Of a DNA stretch of 64,000 nucleotides, positions 49,180-58,520 are shown one piece after another. The position numbers and the translations under genes are program-made. The stretch's first letter is position 1, and each line of letters opens with the position of its first letter. The notes beneath the pieces were generated by a model. That model searched no databases and was not told the origin of the DNA. It was given only the letters and a program-made list of their open reading frames with translations. The stretch comes from Mycobacterium sp. (GTDB lineage: Bacteria > Actinomycetota > Actinomycetes > Mycobacteriales > Mycobacteriaceae). Location of the stretch: contig NZ_JBOHHI010000105.1 of the NCBI RefSeq assembly GCF_050700595.1, positions 11,845 to 75,844 of the forward strand. The letters run 5' to 3'.

Positions 49180-49563
49180 AGAAACGTCTACTTGTCAGCG
49201 GTGGGCGGACTGGCAACGGGTTCAGGTGGGTGAGAAGAGGTACCCCGTAAGCGTTTGCGGTGCAGCGATTACGAGATCGATCGAGCGGCACCGCGGTCGG
49301 CCACCCCGGTTACTGGCGGTGGCTGATAACCGACCCCACTCTCGAGCGACCTCAACTGTGATCGGAAACGGGTCAAATGTGGATTCGATTGCGCCCAGCC
49401 GTTCGGTGCGAATCGCCCGTTCATCATCATCTCTGGCGACAAGCACACCAAAGTGGAGTTCGGCAATCGAGGCAACGGTGATCGTGATCTCCTCGCCCGC
49501 TTTTGCCCGGCGGAGCACCTCGCCGACGTTATTGCGAAGTTCCTTCCGGGGAATGGTCGCCAT
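49180..49563 (-). pseudogene. vapB-vapC deletion fusion relic
   Basis: ORF 49222..49563 starts as a Phd/YefM-type antitoxin (MATIPRKELRNNVGEVLRRAKAGEEITIT; compare VapB at 37719). It then continues directly as the middle of a PIN toxin (SIAELHFGVLVA...FPITVEVAREWGRL...IDLVIAA). The PIN N-terminus with the first catalytic Asp is missing. The C-terminal ANAYGVPLLTHLNP is in another frame (ORF 49091..49291), so there is a frameshift near 49262. The lower boundary is approximate. Confidence 0.65.
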
Positions 49564-49686
49564 AGAAGCATGGTCGCAGAACTGCTACCACGGCGTAAGC
49601 GGTCTTGAACTCCACCATGCGAGACGAGGGCATATTCGCGGCGACTTTTCAGCCACAACCCGGTGCGCGGCGCACTCGGCCCGGTG

Positions 49687-49769
49687 GCGGATGGATCCGC
49701 AGCAAACCTTCGGACAAATCCGCAATCGATGGCTAGACAAATCCGCAGCGTATGCGATTGCATCCTGCA
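49687..49769 (+). promoter_or_regulatory. phased iteron/operator array upstream of the nucleotidyltransferase TA-like operon
   Basis: ATCCGCA occurs at 49695, 49718 and 49741, an exact 23-bp spacing. The last two copies extend to ACAAATCCGCA. An inverted pair GCGGAT-gg-ATCCGC lies at 49687-49700, and ATCCTGCA at 49762. Confidence 0.5.
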
Positions 49770-49817
49770 CAAGCACGGATAATCGCTTGACTGACCGTAA
49801 ACTAGGAGAAACGTCGA

Positions 49818-50147
49818 GTGGCAGAGGAGGTGGCGATGGCTGAAAGGGTCCTGTTCAAGGACGTGGTGCCCTACGACACGCCTTCCTCACTCAGCGCCCT
49901 CAGGGGCCCGGCGTCGGGCGTGATTGGGCTTCCACTCGCAATCTATTGGGGGCCACCGCGCCTCTATGATCTGTCGGACTGCCATGACCTGCGAAGCGCT
50001 TACCAGGCCTTGGTGCGTGAAGGTACAGCAGACATTCAAGAGTCCATGCTCAATGAGAAGCTGCTTCGCCGCGTGTGGCGTGCGCTGATGCTTCCGGAAC
50101 GTTGCCGCCGCATCTGGGAAAGCCGTTTCCCCGACCTGCGGGCGTAA
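49818..50147 (+). CDS. small (109 aa) partner protein of the DUF1814 toxin, putative non-canonical antitoxin
   Basis: A GTG at 49818 sits 9 nt after AGGAG (49804-49808), with an in-frame stop at 49803. It ends 18 nt before the toxin gene. It is a paralogue of 61463..61819. Confidence 0.65.
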   Translation: MAEEVAMAERVLFKDVVPYDTPSSLSALRGPASGVIGLPLAIYWGPPRLYDLSDCHDLRSAYQALVREGTADIQESMLNEKLLRRVWRALMLPERCRRIWESRFPDLRA

Positions 50148-50165
50148 GACTCGAGCGCAACCGGA

Positions 50166-50819
50166 GTGATGAGTGCGACTGAACATCAGCGGCGCGTCAC
50201 CGCATTGTTGTTGCAATCGATAGGGCCGGCCGGTTTTGCGCTGGCCGGTTCGGGCGCAATCCGCGAGCACGGCATCACCAACCGACCCACTCAGGATGTC
50301 GACCTGTTCGCGACATCTACCACATCGCCTGACGCCTTCAACCAAGGGCTGAAGCATGCCGAACAGGCATTGGGCGATGCTGGCCTTTCCTTCACGCGCA
50401 CCAGAACGGCACCGCTGTTCGCACGGCTTGTCGTCAGCGGCGCCACCGACGAAATGGTCGTAGTTGACCTTGCGGTTGACTGGCGAATGCAGCCGCCAGT
50501 AAGCCTCGAAGTCGGGCCGGTACTCGCGCTTCCCGATGCGGTGGGCAGCAAAGTCGCTGCCGTATTCTCGCGCGCAGAAGCGCGGGACTTCCTGGATCTT
50601 GACGCCATCCGTGAATCAGGGCTGTATAGCGACGACGCACTCCTGTCGCTCGCTCACGAACACGACCCTGGATTTGATCCGGGGGTCTTCGCCCGCCAAC
50701 TCGCTTGCGTCGCACAGTTGGATGTGCGCGACACCATTGCCTACCGGGTGGATGGAGCAGCGTTGGAGCAAATCCAGCAGCGCTTGCGGTCATGGGCCAA
50801 CGAACTCGGTAACGCGTGA
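50166..50819 (+). CDS. DUF1814 nucleotidyltransferase (AbiEii/AbiGii/MenT-type toxin family)
   Basis: 217 aa with the NTase signature GFALAGSGAIREHGITNRPTQDVDLF and a downstream DLAVD. Confidence 0.7.
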   Translation: MMSATEHQRRVTALLLQSIGPAGFALAGSGAIREHGITNRPTQDVDLFATSTTSPDAFNQGLKHAEQALGDAGLSFTRTRTAPLFARLVVSGATDEMVVVDLAVDWRMQPPVSLEVGPVLALPDAVGSKVAAVFSRAEARDFLDLDAIRESGLYSDDALLSLAHEHDPGFDPGVFARQLACVAQLDVRDTIAYRVDGAALEQIQQRLRSWANELGNA

Positions 50820-50878
50820 TCGGCGATTGAGGTCGCGCACTGCTCGCCCAGGCCCCGCGAGCGGCGCATCATGGAGGG

Positions 50879-52030
50879 GTGCGGATCGGAGTCGGGGTTT
50901 CCACCGTGCCCGACGCGCGGCAGGCCGCGGTGCAGGCGGCAACGCACGCGCGCGACGAGCTCGCGGGTGAGGCGCCGTCGCTGGCCGTGCTGCTCGCATC
51001 GCGATCGCACACCGATAAGGCTGCCGACGTCCTGAACGCGGTGCAGGAGATGCTCGAGCCGCCCGCGCTGATCGGGTGCGTCGCCCAGACGATCGTCGCC
51101 GGCCGCCACGAGATGGAGAACAAGCCCGCGGTGGCGGTGTGGCTGGCGTCCGGCCTGGCCGCCGAGACGTTCGTGCTGGACTTCGTCAACACCGGCTCGG
51201 GTGGGCTGCTCACCGGTTACCGCTTCGACCCGGCCGCGCAGGATCTGCACCTGCTGCTGCCCGACCCGTACACGTTCCCGTCGCACCTGCTCGTCGAGCA
51301 CCTCAACACCGACCTGCCGGGAACGACTGTGGTGGGCGGCGTGGTCAGTGGTGGGCGGGGACCGGGCGAGACCCGGCTGTTCCGCGACCGCGAGGTGCTG
51401 ACCTCCGGGCTGGTCGGCGTGCGCCTGCCCGGCATGCATGCGATCCCGGTCGTGTCGCAGGGCTGCCGGCCGATCGGGCAGCCCTACATCGTCACCGGCG
51501 CGCAAGACGACGTGATCACCGAGCTGGGCGGCCAACCGCCGCTGCAGCGGCTGCGCGAGATCGTCGAGGGGATGCCCCGCGACGAGCAGGAACTGGTCAG
51601 CACCGGCCTGTCGATCGGGATCGTCGGCGACGAGCACCTGGCGGCGCCGGGCCAGGGCGACTTCCTGATCCGCGGGCTGCTCGCCGCCGACCCCTCGACC
51701 GGGGCGATCGAGATCGGCGAGGCTGTCGAGGTCGGCGCCACCGTGCAATTCCAGGTCCGCGATGCGGTGGGCGCCGATAAGGACCTGCGCGCGACCATCG
51801 AACGGGCTTCGGCGGCGCTAGCCGGACGGCCGGTGGGTGCGCTGTTGTTCACGTGCAACGGGCGCGGGCGGCGGATGTTCGGGGTCGCCGACCACGACGC
51901 GTCGACGATCGAGGACCTGCTTGGCGGGATCCCGCTGGCCGGTTTCTTCGCCGCCGGGGAGATCGGCCCGATCGCGGGGCGCAATGCATTGCACGGGTTT
52001 ACCGCGTCGATGGCGGTATTCGTCGAATAA
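50879..52030 (+). CDS. FIST-domain (FIST_N + FIST_C) sensory protein
   Basis: 383 aa with a typical FIST layout (MRIGVGVS...[10 protein letters not shown]...[10 protein letters not shown]...GVVSGG...GDFLIRGLL...LLFTCNGRG...[13 protein letters not shown]). Confidence 0.75.
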   Translation: MRIGVGVSTVPDARQAAVQAATHARDELAGEAPSLAVLLASRSHTDKAADVLNAVQEMLEPPALIGCVAQTIVAGRHEMENKPAVAVWLASGLAAETFVLDFVNTGSGGLLTGYRFDPAAQDLHLLLPDPYTFPSHLLVEHLNTDLPGTTVVGGVVSGGRGPGETRLFRDREVLTSGLVGVRLPGMHAIPVVSQGCRPIGQPYIVTGAQDDVITELGGQPPLQRLREIVEGMPRDEQELVSTGLSIGIVGDEHLAAPGQGDFLIRGLLAADPSTGAIEIGEAVEVGATVQFQVRDAVGADKDLRATIERASAALAGRPVGALLFTCNGRGRRMFGVADHDASTIEDLLGGIPLAGFFAAGEIGPIAGRNALHGFTASMAVFVE

Positions 52031-52070
52031 CTGCTGGCGTGCGCGTCACAGGGGTCACGCGAGTCGTGCT

Positions 52071-52115
52071 GCCGAACCACTATGCAAAGTGCCCACCTCC
52101 GAGCGACTTTGGCTA
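52071..52115 (+). repeat. dispersed repeat, copy C1 (3' flank of the FIST gene)
   Basis: gccgaaccactatgcaaaGTGcccacctccgagcgactttggcta. Confidence 0.7.
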
Positions 52116-52152
52116 ACATCCCTGTTGAGAAGGGTGTCGCTGAGACGAACTT

Positions 52153-52713
52153 TTGAGACGGCCATGGGCGTGGCGGCGTTTTGAAGTATTTGTGGTAGAC
52201 GACGACCCGACTACACTTTGCCGCATGGCCGCGTCGTGGGCCTGGCGGCACCCGACCCTAGTTGACCTTGCCCAGCGCCAGGAGGCGAATGCCGACTGGG
52301 AGGCAATGGAGGGGCGCGGGCAGCGGCTGGCCCGTCGGCTCAGTGTGACGTGCTTTGCGCTGGCCGTCGTCGGTGGCATCACGGCCACGGTGGTCCCTGC
52401 GGTGTCAACTGTGGCGGCAATGTCCACCGGCCTGCTATTGATGGCGTCGGTGCTTTGTGCCCGTGTGTGGTGGGGTGACCCGCCGTTGCGTGATGCCCAC
52501 CCGCAACCGCCGGCCATGGTGGCGTTCACGGCTGAGGAGAACCACGGTCTCATGGCATCCCAAGCGCCGGAACCATTTAGGGCGGTTTCGGCGTGTCCCG
52601 GCTGCGGGGATTTTACTGTTCATCCGTCGCGTACACCCGGTGAAGGTGATCCCGGTTGGGCGGCAATTATCCGGCAGTGTGCCGTGTGTCAGAGGGAATG
52701 GGCGCAAGCGTAA
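52153..52713 (+). CDS. hypothetical membrane protein with C-terminal CxxC...CxxC zinc-ribbon-like motif
   Basis: The ORF has two TM segments and a C-terminal CPGCGDFTV...CAVCQREW. The start is uncertain: TTG at 52153 or ATG at 52228. Confidence 0.45.
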   Translation: MRRPWAWRRFEVFVVDDDPTTLCRMAASWAWRHPTLVDLAQRQEANADWEAMEGRGQRLARRLSVTCFALAVVGGITATVVPAVSTVAAMSTGLLLMASVLCARVWWGDPPLRDAHPQPPAMVAFTAEENHGLMASQAPEPFRAVSACPGCGDFTVHPSRTPGEGDPGWAAIIRQCAVCQREWAQA

Positions 52714-52880
52714 ACCATTGCAGCTCTTTGTAATAGCTCGCAACCTTAGAATTGACCGCCGGCGCCGGGGTCACGCTGAATCCCGCTCGCTAGCTCTGTT
52801 CTGGCCTGGCCGATGTGGTCGTATGCATACGCCGCCGACCGACCGGCAGGGGTAACTTTTGTGCCAAATGGTGCGTCTGA

Positions 52881-52933
52881 GCCGAAGGAGTCCCCCCTCA
52901 CATGTCATCTCTGAGCGATTTTTCATCGACAAG
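52881..52933 (+). repeat. dispersed repeat, diverged copy X (upstream of the CocE-family gene)
   Basis: It reads gccgaaggag...ctgagcgatttttcatcgacaag. The right half matches copy Y (gagcgattcttcatcgaccag) at 19 of 21 positions. Confidence 0.45.
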
Positions 52934-53067
52934 CCGGGACGCCGCCGTGCCACCACGCGCGACGGGGATAAGCTGTGCCGGTTTGCGATAGGCCCCAGGG
53001 CGGCTAACGGAAACGCATACTTGCACAACGGGAATCGTTTCCTGAAGTTCGGGTTGCATAGAGGGTA

Positions 53068-54996
53068 TTGTCTGTGACCCACCAGAACGGCAGTATTGCC
53101 CGTATGACGGAGCAACTACCCGAGCCCCGAGTCGAGCAATTGCCGCCGAATGCCCGATTCGATATTGGTGGGCGGCAATACCCGCGGATGTACCGGTTTT
53201 CCAACATCGCGATCCGGATGTCCGACGGTGCCGTGCTCTCGGCTGACCTCATCCTGCCCGGTGACCTGGCAGGGCCGCTGGCCGGACCGCTGCCGGCGGT
53301 GCTCAATTTCACTCCGTACAACAAGATGCTGCAACGATTTTCCGGCGGTTCCCGCATGCGCGCGCTCGGGAACTGGATCGGCCCGTCGGACCGCAAGCAC
53401 TTCACCGGCCGCGATCTGCTGCACACGCTTGCGGGCGGCGGGCTGGCGGCGTCGTTTGTCAACCCGACACTGGTGTCACGCGGCTATGCCTACCTGATGG
53501 TCGATGTGCGGGGCACCGGAACCTCGACCGGAAAGTGGGACTTCTTCGGCAAGACCGAGCAGCAGGACTATCTTGAGGTATTACGCTGGGTCAGCGAACA
53601 GTCTTGGTGCAACGGGAAACTCGCGGTAACGGGAATTTCCTACGGTGCGGTGACCGCGCTCATCATCGCCGGATTACAGCCCGACGGTCTAGAGGCGATC
53701 TTCGCGATCGAGGGCGGCGAGAACCCCGTGCGCGAGCTGGGAATCACTGGTGGTGTGCCGTCTCCGTTCATCGGCATCTGGCTCGCGACCGTGAACGTGC
53801 TCAAATGGATCCCGTCGATCGGCGGCCTGACAAAGACGCGCGCCTGGCGGCAGTACCTGCGCGACCGTGTCCAAGTGCCGTTCAGTTGGTCCTGGCACGC
53901 GCTGCAAATCGCGCTGGTGAAGGACCATCCCGATGTCTTCCTGAACGCGATGTGGGCCGACAAGCTGCCCCGGCTCGACAAGATCACCGTTCCAACCTGG
54001 ATCCACGGCGGCTGGCATGACGTGTACAACCGGTCGAACTTCCGGATGTACGACCGCATCGCGACGCCGCCCGGCGCCAAGCAGGTTGTCATCGACGACA
54101 GCTATCACAACGCGCCCGGCTCCGGGTTCGGTGCACCCGACGCACCGCAGTACCTCGATGAGCTGCAATGCGCTTGGTTCGACCGCTGGGTGAAGGGGAT
54201 TGACAACGGCATCGACCGCTACGGCCCCATTACCGTACGCAGGCTTGGCGGAGGCTGGATTCCGCACGACCGATATCCGGATCCCGCGGCCAGGGCGGGC
54301 AGACTCTACCTAAGCGCCGACAACAGTGGCACCGCAAAGCACGCCGCTATCGACGCGTCACTTGTCGCCGAGGCGCCCGACTACAAGCAGCGCCTCTCGG
54401 TGCCCGCTGGCAGGACCAGCATTCGGTCCAACAACACCGCTATCATCTCCACCGGCCTGGCCACGCTGCTCGGTCGCGCATTCGGCTGCGACGACCGCCA
54501 CGCCGAAGCCACCGCAGTCACATTCACCACCGAAGCGTTCGATGCCGACGTCGTGCTATCCGGCCCACTTAACCTGCATCTGTGGGTGGAAGCCGAAGGC
54601 AGCGACGCGTTTTGGTCCGTCACCGTCACCGACGTCGAACCCACGGGCGTGTCCGGCGCAATCAGCCGGGGGGCGCTACTGTCGTCGCTGCGGGCTATCG
54701 ACGAGGCCACAAGCACGTACGTCGACGGTGAGTTGCTCGTCGCCGAACACCCCTTCACCGCCGAATCGGTACTGCCCGTTGTTCCCGGCCAGCCCTTTGA
54801 CGTCGATATCGACATCAACCCCACCGAGGCCGTCCTCCGTGCCGGACATCGCTTGCGCGTCGCCGTCAGTCGCGCCAGCTTCCCCCGTCACTTCTTCAGC
54901 CGCTCGCAACGCCGCAAAATCAAGGGTCAAGCCATCATCGTCGACCCCGCGCACCCGTCGTATCTCACCTTCTTGGCGGTACCGACCAGGCTGTGA
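53068..54996 (+). CDS. CocE/NonD-family hydrolase (S15 X-Pro dipeptidyl-peptidase fold)
   Basis: 642 aa with RMSDGAVLSADLILP...LNFTPYNK...GTGTSTGKWDFFG...GISYGA (nucleophile GxSxG). The start could be the ATG at 53104. Confidence 0.8.
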   Translation: MSVTHQNGSIARMTEQLPEPRVEQLPPNARFDIGGRQYPRMYRFSNIAIRMSDGAVLSADLILPGDLAGPLAGPLPAVLNFTPYNKMLQRFSGGSRMRALGNWIGPSDRKHFTGRDLLHTLAGGGLAASFVNPTLVSRGYAYLMVDVRGTGTSTGKWDFFGKTEQQDYLEVLRWVSEQSWCNGKLAVTGISYGAVTALIIAGLQPDGLEAIFAIEGGENPVRELGITGGVPSPFIGIWLATVNVLKWIPSIGGLTKTRAWRQYLRDRVQVPFSWSWHALQIALVKDHPDVFLNAMWADKLPRLDKITVPTWIHGGWHDVYNRSNFRMYDRIATPPGAKQVVIDDSYHNAPGSGFGAPDAPQYLDELQCAWFDRWVKGIDNGIDRYGPITVRRLGGGWIPHDRYPDPAARAGRLYLSADNSGTAKHAAIDASLVAEAPDYKQRLSVPAGRTSIRSNNTAIISTGLATLLGRAFGCDDRHAEATAVTFTTEAFDADVVLSGPLNLHLWVEAEGSDAFWSVTVTDVEPTGVSGAISRGALLSSLRAIDEATSTYVDGELLVAEHPFTAESVLPVVPGQPFDVDIDINPTEAVLRAGHRLRVAVSRASFPRHFFSRSQRRKIKGQAIIVDPAHPSYLTFLAVPTRL

Positions 54997-55265
54997 ACGT
55001 CCTCAATGTGGTGCAGGAGATGCTCGAGCCGCCCGCGGTGGCGGTGTGGCTGGCGTCGGGCTTGCCCGCCGAGACCTGCCGGGAACGACCGTGGTGGGCG
55101 GTCACACCAGTCACGCTGCCTAACCACTGTGCGAAGTGCCCGCCTCCGAGCGACTTTCAGCGACAAGTACGCGCATTAGTCCGCAGCAGAACGTGCGACA
55201 GCTTTGGCTATCAACGCACCCAAAGTGTTAGAACATCGCTGCTGAGAAGACGAACTATTGAGACC
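54989..55265 (+). pseudogene. decayed second copy of the FIST gene plus its 3' flank
   Basis: Hand alignment gives these matches: 54991-55037 to 51021-51067, 55038-55075 to 51130-51167, 55076-55102 to 51313-51340, and 55100-55157 to 52046-52110, with further similarity to about 55265. The intervening FIST segments are deleted, each deletion flanked by short direct repeats such as gcccgcg. Confidence 0.75.
55118..55170 (+). repeat. dispersed repeat, copy C2 (3' flank of the FIST remnant)
   Basis: gcctaaccactgtgcgaaGTGcccgcctccgagcgactttcagcgacaagtac. Confidence 0.7.
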
Positions 55266-55376
55266 CTACGACCTGGGCAATCCGCTACCCCGAAGGAGGG
55301 CGGTGGTGATCTCGGGGTGGGGTGCCCTGACAGGGGTTGACGCCGAACCCGCGATCCTGACGGTCACCGGCGGAGT

Positions 55377-55604
55377 TCAGCGCATGCGGCGACTGGGGTT
55401 GGAGCGGCTCATGCGTGCGCGCGCCGCGTCCTCAGGCTCGGGCGCGTCTTCCTCCACCCAACCCCAGCGCGTCGGGCTGATGGTCACCTTCGACCCGTCC
55501 TCGTGCCAAATCTCGAGTGCGCCGCCTTCGATCACCTTGTACCTGTCCCCGTCGCCAAACTCGTCGAACGGCTCGGACTTGTACCCGTAGACCTTGAATC
55601 CCAC
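55377..55604 (-). CDS. small acidic hypothetical protein
   Basis: 75 aa from a GTG start, with GC-rich third positions and a sensible composition (MGFKVYGYKSEPFDEFGDGDRYKVIEGGALEIWHEDGSKV). The overlapping plus-strand ORF is Ser-rich and looks like an off-frame artefact. Confidence 0.45.
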   Translation of the reverse strand: MGFKVYGYKSEPFDEFGDGDRYKVIEGGALEIWHEDGSKVTISPTRWGWVEEDAPEPEDAARARMSRSNPSRRMR

Positions 55605-55788
55605 AGCGGAAAGCCTACGGGCAACCAGCCCTTAGCCACTTAGCGAGGCGAAGCTCGTGAGTAACGTGGCAGGCGCCGGTTATGTGGCAAGGAAGCGGGG
55701 CCGGCGCGAAACCGCTGCCAATTCTGCGGCAGCGCTCGTAGGAGTCCTTTCGGGTACGTCAGCCCACGAGCTGATCTGACTTGGAGGC

Positions 55789-56811
55789 TCACGTCCGACG
55801 AAGCGGACGATCAACCAGCACCCGCCGTCCGCTTCGCCACTGAACGACGCGAATCTGATGGCCGGTTTGCACGCCGGTGACCGGGTCGACACGAAACCGA
55901 CCGAACAAGGTGGTGGTGTCGAGTCGCTGTGACGCAGCCAGCACCGGCAACGGTTCAAGAGTTCCGGCCTCCTTCACGCAGCGCTGCCAAATGACACCCG
56001 CGGCGAAGGCGGCCGCAGCCGGATAGGGTGGCTCAGTACCGTTCGCGTCCCGGTAACAGTGACTGAACCACTCGCTGTTGGGTCCGTCCGCGGGATCATC
56101 TGTCCCGTCGTCGAACCACTGGCTCGGTCCGTAAAGCCCCTCAACGCGATCACCAATGGCGTGCCGGAGCTCATCGACTCCAGCGGCGACCAATCCAACT
56201 GCGCGCCAACGGTGTTCGCTGCCCCACTGCGCGATGGCGATGTCGTCGTCGAAAGAACCGGCCGATAACAACACATCGCCCGCCGGGACCTGCGCCAGCA
56301 CGTCTGCGGCCCGGCCTGGCCGAAAACTGACCGACCGCCGCAGGAGACCGAGTCGCCGGGCCGCCACCGCCGCCCCTTCGGCCACCTCGCGGCCGAACCC
56401 CGTGTCGACGTGCACTATTACCACCTCCGACCCCTCCCCAAGACCGTCGGCGGCAAGGGTTTCGAGCACCGCGGCGAGATAGTGGTAAGCGGGAGACGCC
56501 ACGTTGACGACACGCGGATACGCCGGCCGCGCCAGCCGGGCGGTGGCGCCACCGTGGTTCCAGACGACCCCTTTGCCGGCGGCCGCGGCCGCGAGCGCAG
56601 GCCCCGAACCGTAGGGCCCGAACACCACGTCGGGCCGGCTGGCCTCGGCGGCCCGTATCGCGGACGCCGCGGACGGGTAAGCGTCGATGACCCGCAGACT
56701 TACTGCGGAATGCCCGGCCCAGAGAGCGAGGGCGCTCGCCCCTGCTTTCCCGAAGCTGGCCAGCGGCCCCGACAGTGGGGTAACCAGGACGGCGCGAGCT
56801 GCCACGCCCAC
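55789..56811 (-). CDS. periplasmic-binding-protein type I fold (Leu/Ile/Val-binding-like) protein
   Basis: 340 aa (LSGPLASFGKAGASALALWA...VVFGPYGSG). I recognise no obvious signal peptide. This is a weak motif-level call. Confidence 0.5.
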   Translation of the reverse strand: MGVAARAVLVTPLSGPLASFGKAGASALALWAGHSAVSLRVIDAYPSAASAIRAAEASRPDVVFGPYGSGPALAAAAAGKGVVWNHGGATARLARPAYPRVVNVASPAYHYLAAVLETLAADGLGEGSEVVIVHVDTGFGREVAEGAAVAARRLGLLRRSVSFRPGRAADVLAQVPAGDVLLSAGSFDDDIAIAQWGSEHRWRAVGLVAAGVDELRHAIGDRVEGLYGPSQWFDDGTDDPADGPNSEWFSHCYRDANGTEPPYPAAAAFAAGVIWQRCVKEAGTLEPLPVLAASQRLDTTTLFGRFRVDPVTGVQTGHQIRVVQWRSGRRVLVDRPLRRT

Positions 56812-56969
56812 AACTTAAGCCTGTCGAACAACCGCCCACTCCCCCGGGCAGTACCGGTACAGCGACGCAGAGGCCGCACCGCCTACGCCGCGGCATGTCG
56901 ATGTAGCCGTTTCGCCTGCACGGCACGGAGTTTGCGGTCATTGAGGAGAACGCGAGTACAGTATCTGCG

Positions 56970-58517
56970 ATGGCTGTCGCTCAGTCGAATGAGCGGATGC
57001 TCGCCGGGGTCGCCGCCGCGTTCGTCTCGCTCGGGGTAGCCCAGCTGGTGGGCATCCCGTTCGGCGCGCGGGCCGATGCGCGTACTGCGGTCGGCTCAGT
57101 GGGCGTCGACCTGACACCGGGGCCCATCAAAGAGTGGGCGATTCAGGCCCTGGGCTCTTTGGACAAACTCTTCGTGGGTGTCGTCGTGCTCGTGGTGATC
57201 GCTACGATCGCTGCAATCGCGGGGACCCTCGAGACCCAGCGCCGCCCGCTCGGCAGCGCCGCGTTCGCCGCGGCCGGCGTCCTGGGGTGCATCGCAGTGC
57301 TGTCGCGGCAGGGTGCGACAGCGCTCGACACGATCCCCACCGTCGCCGGTGCCGCCTGCGGCGTGGCGACCCTACGCATGCTCACCCGTCGGTTCTGGGC
57401 CGGCCCGGGAGACCTGGAAGACAGAGCCGACCACGACGAGCCGGATGCCGGCAGGCGCAGGTTGGTCGTGTTCGGATTGCTCGGATTCGGAGTAGTGGGT
57501 GGCGTAGTGGGTGCGGTCATCACGCGGTTGGTGCATTCGGTGGCCGCTGACCGCAACAGCTTCGCGCTTCCCCAACCGCGCACATCGGCGCCACCAATAC
57601 CTGCTGATGTACAACCGAAAGGCGTTGCGCTACCGAACTTTGTCACCGCCGGCGCCGACTTTTACCGGGTGGATACCGCACTCGTTGTTCCCCAACTCAG
57701 CCACCGCGACTGGCGGCTGCGCATCCACGGCATGGTGGACCGCGAAGCCACCTACAGCTTCGATGACCTCGCCCACTTCGACGTCGTCGAAATGGTGACG
57801 ACATTAACCTGTGTGTCGAATCCCGTTGGCGGCAACCTGATTTCGACGGGCATCTGGACAGGCTACCGGGTGGCTGATCTGCTGGCGGCGGCCGGTGTGC
57901 ACACCGACGCCGATATGGTGCTCTCGACGTCGATCGACGGGTTCACCGCCGGCACGCCGGTGGAGGCGCTCACCGATGGCCGCGACGCGCTCCTGGCGGT
58001 CGGCCTCAATGGGCAGCCGCTGCCGATCGAGCATGGCTACCCGGCCCGGCTGGTAGTGCCCGGGCTCTACGGGTACGTGTCGGCCACCAAGTGGGTCGTC
58101 GAGATGGAGTTGACCCGCTTCGACAGAGCAACGGCGTACTGGACACGGCAGGGCTGGGCACCGCGTGGACCCATCAAGACCCAGTCGCGGATCGACGTGC
58201 CGAAAGGTGGTCAGAAGGTGCCGATGGGACCCGTGGTGTTTGGCGGTGTCGCGTGGGCACAGAACCGTGGCGTGCGGGCCGTGGAGGTCCTCATCGATGA
58301 TGGCGGGTGGCAGCCCGCGCAACAGGCCGCGAGCTATTCCAACGGGACGTGGCGGCTGTGGAGCTTGCCCTGGCAGGCGAAAAGCCCTGGGAAACACACC
58401 ATCAGCGTGCGCGCCACCGACAACACCGGAGCTGTCCAAACGGCAGATCGGGTTGGTACCGTCCCAGACGGCGCCACCGGCTGGCACACGGTGGACTTCA
58501 CCGTGGCGGAGACATGA
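56970..58517 (+). CDS. membrane-anchored molybdopterin-dependent oxidoreductase (sulfite oxidase family)
   Basis: 515 aa. N-terminal TM helices are followed by a Mo-co domain (LTCVSNPVGGNLI...HGYPARLVVPGLYGYVSATKWV) and an Ig-like dimerisation domain. Confidence 0.8.
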   Translation: MAVAQSNERMLAGVAAAFVSLGVAQLVGIPFGARADARTAVGSVGVDLTPGPIKEWAIQALGSLDKLFVGVVVLVVIATIAAIAGTLETQRRPLGSAAFAAAGVLGCIAVLSRQGATALDTIPTVAGAACGVATLRMLTRRFWAGPGDLEDRADHDEPDAGRRRLVVFGLLGFGVVGGVVGAVITRLVHSVAADRNSFALPQPRTSAPPIPADVQPKGVALPNFVTAGADFYRVDTALVVPQLSHRDWRLRIHGMVDREATYSFDDLAHFDVVEMVTTLTCVSNPVGGNLISTGIWTGYRVADLLAAAGVHTDADMVLSTSIDGFTAGTPVEALTDGRDALLAVGLNGQPLPIEHGYPARLVVPGLYGYVSATKWVVEMELTRFDRATAYWTRQGWAPRGPIKTQSRIDVPKGGQKVPMGPVVFGGVAWAQNRGVRAVEVLIDDGGWQPAQQAASYSNGTWRLWSLPWQAKSPGKHTISVRATDNTGAVQTADRVGTVPDGATGWHTVDFTVAET

Positions 58518-58520
58518 GTA

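Noticed and set aside
52859-53077. 72-aa ORF in the 355-bp spacer upstream of the CocE-family gene
   Set aside because: It has poor codon bias and no SD. Its only notable feature, the ERFFID segment, is explained by the diverged copy of the dispersed repeat.
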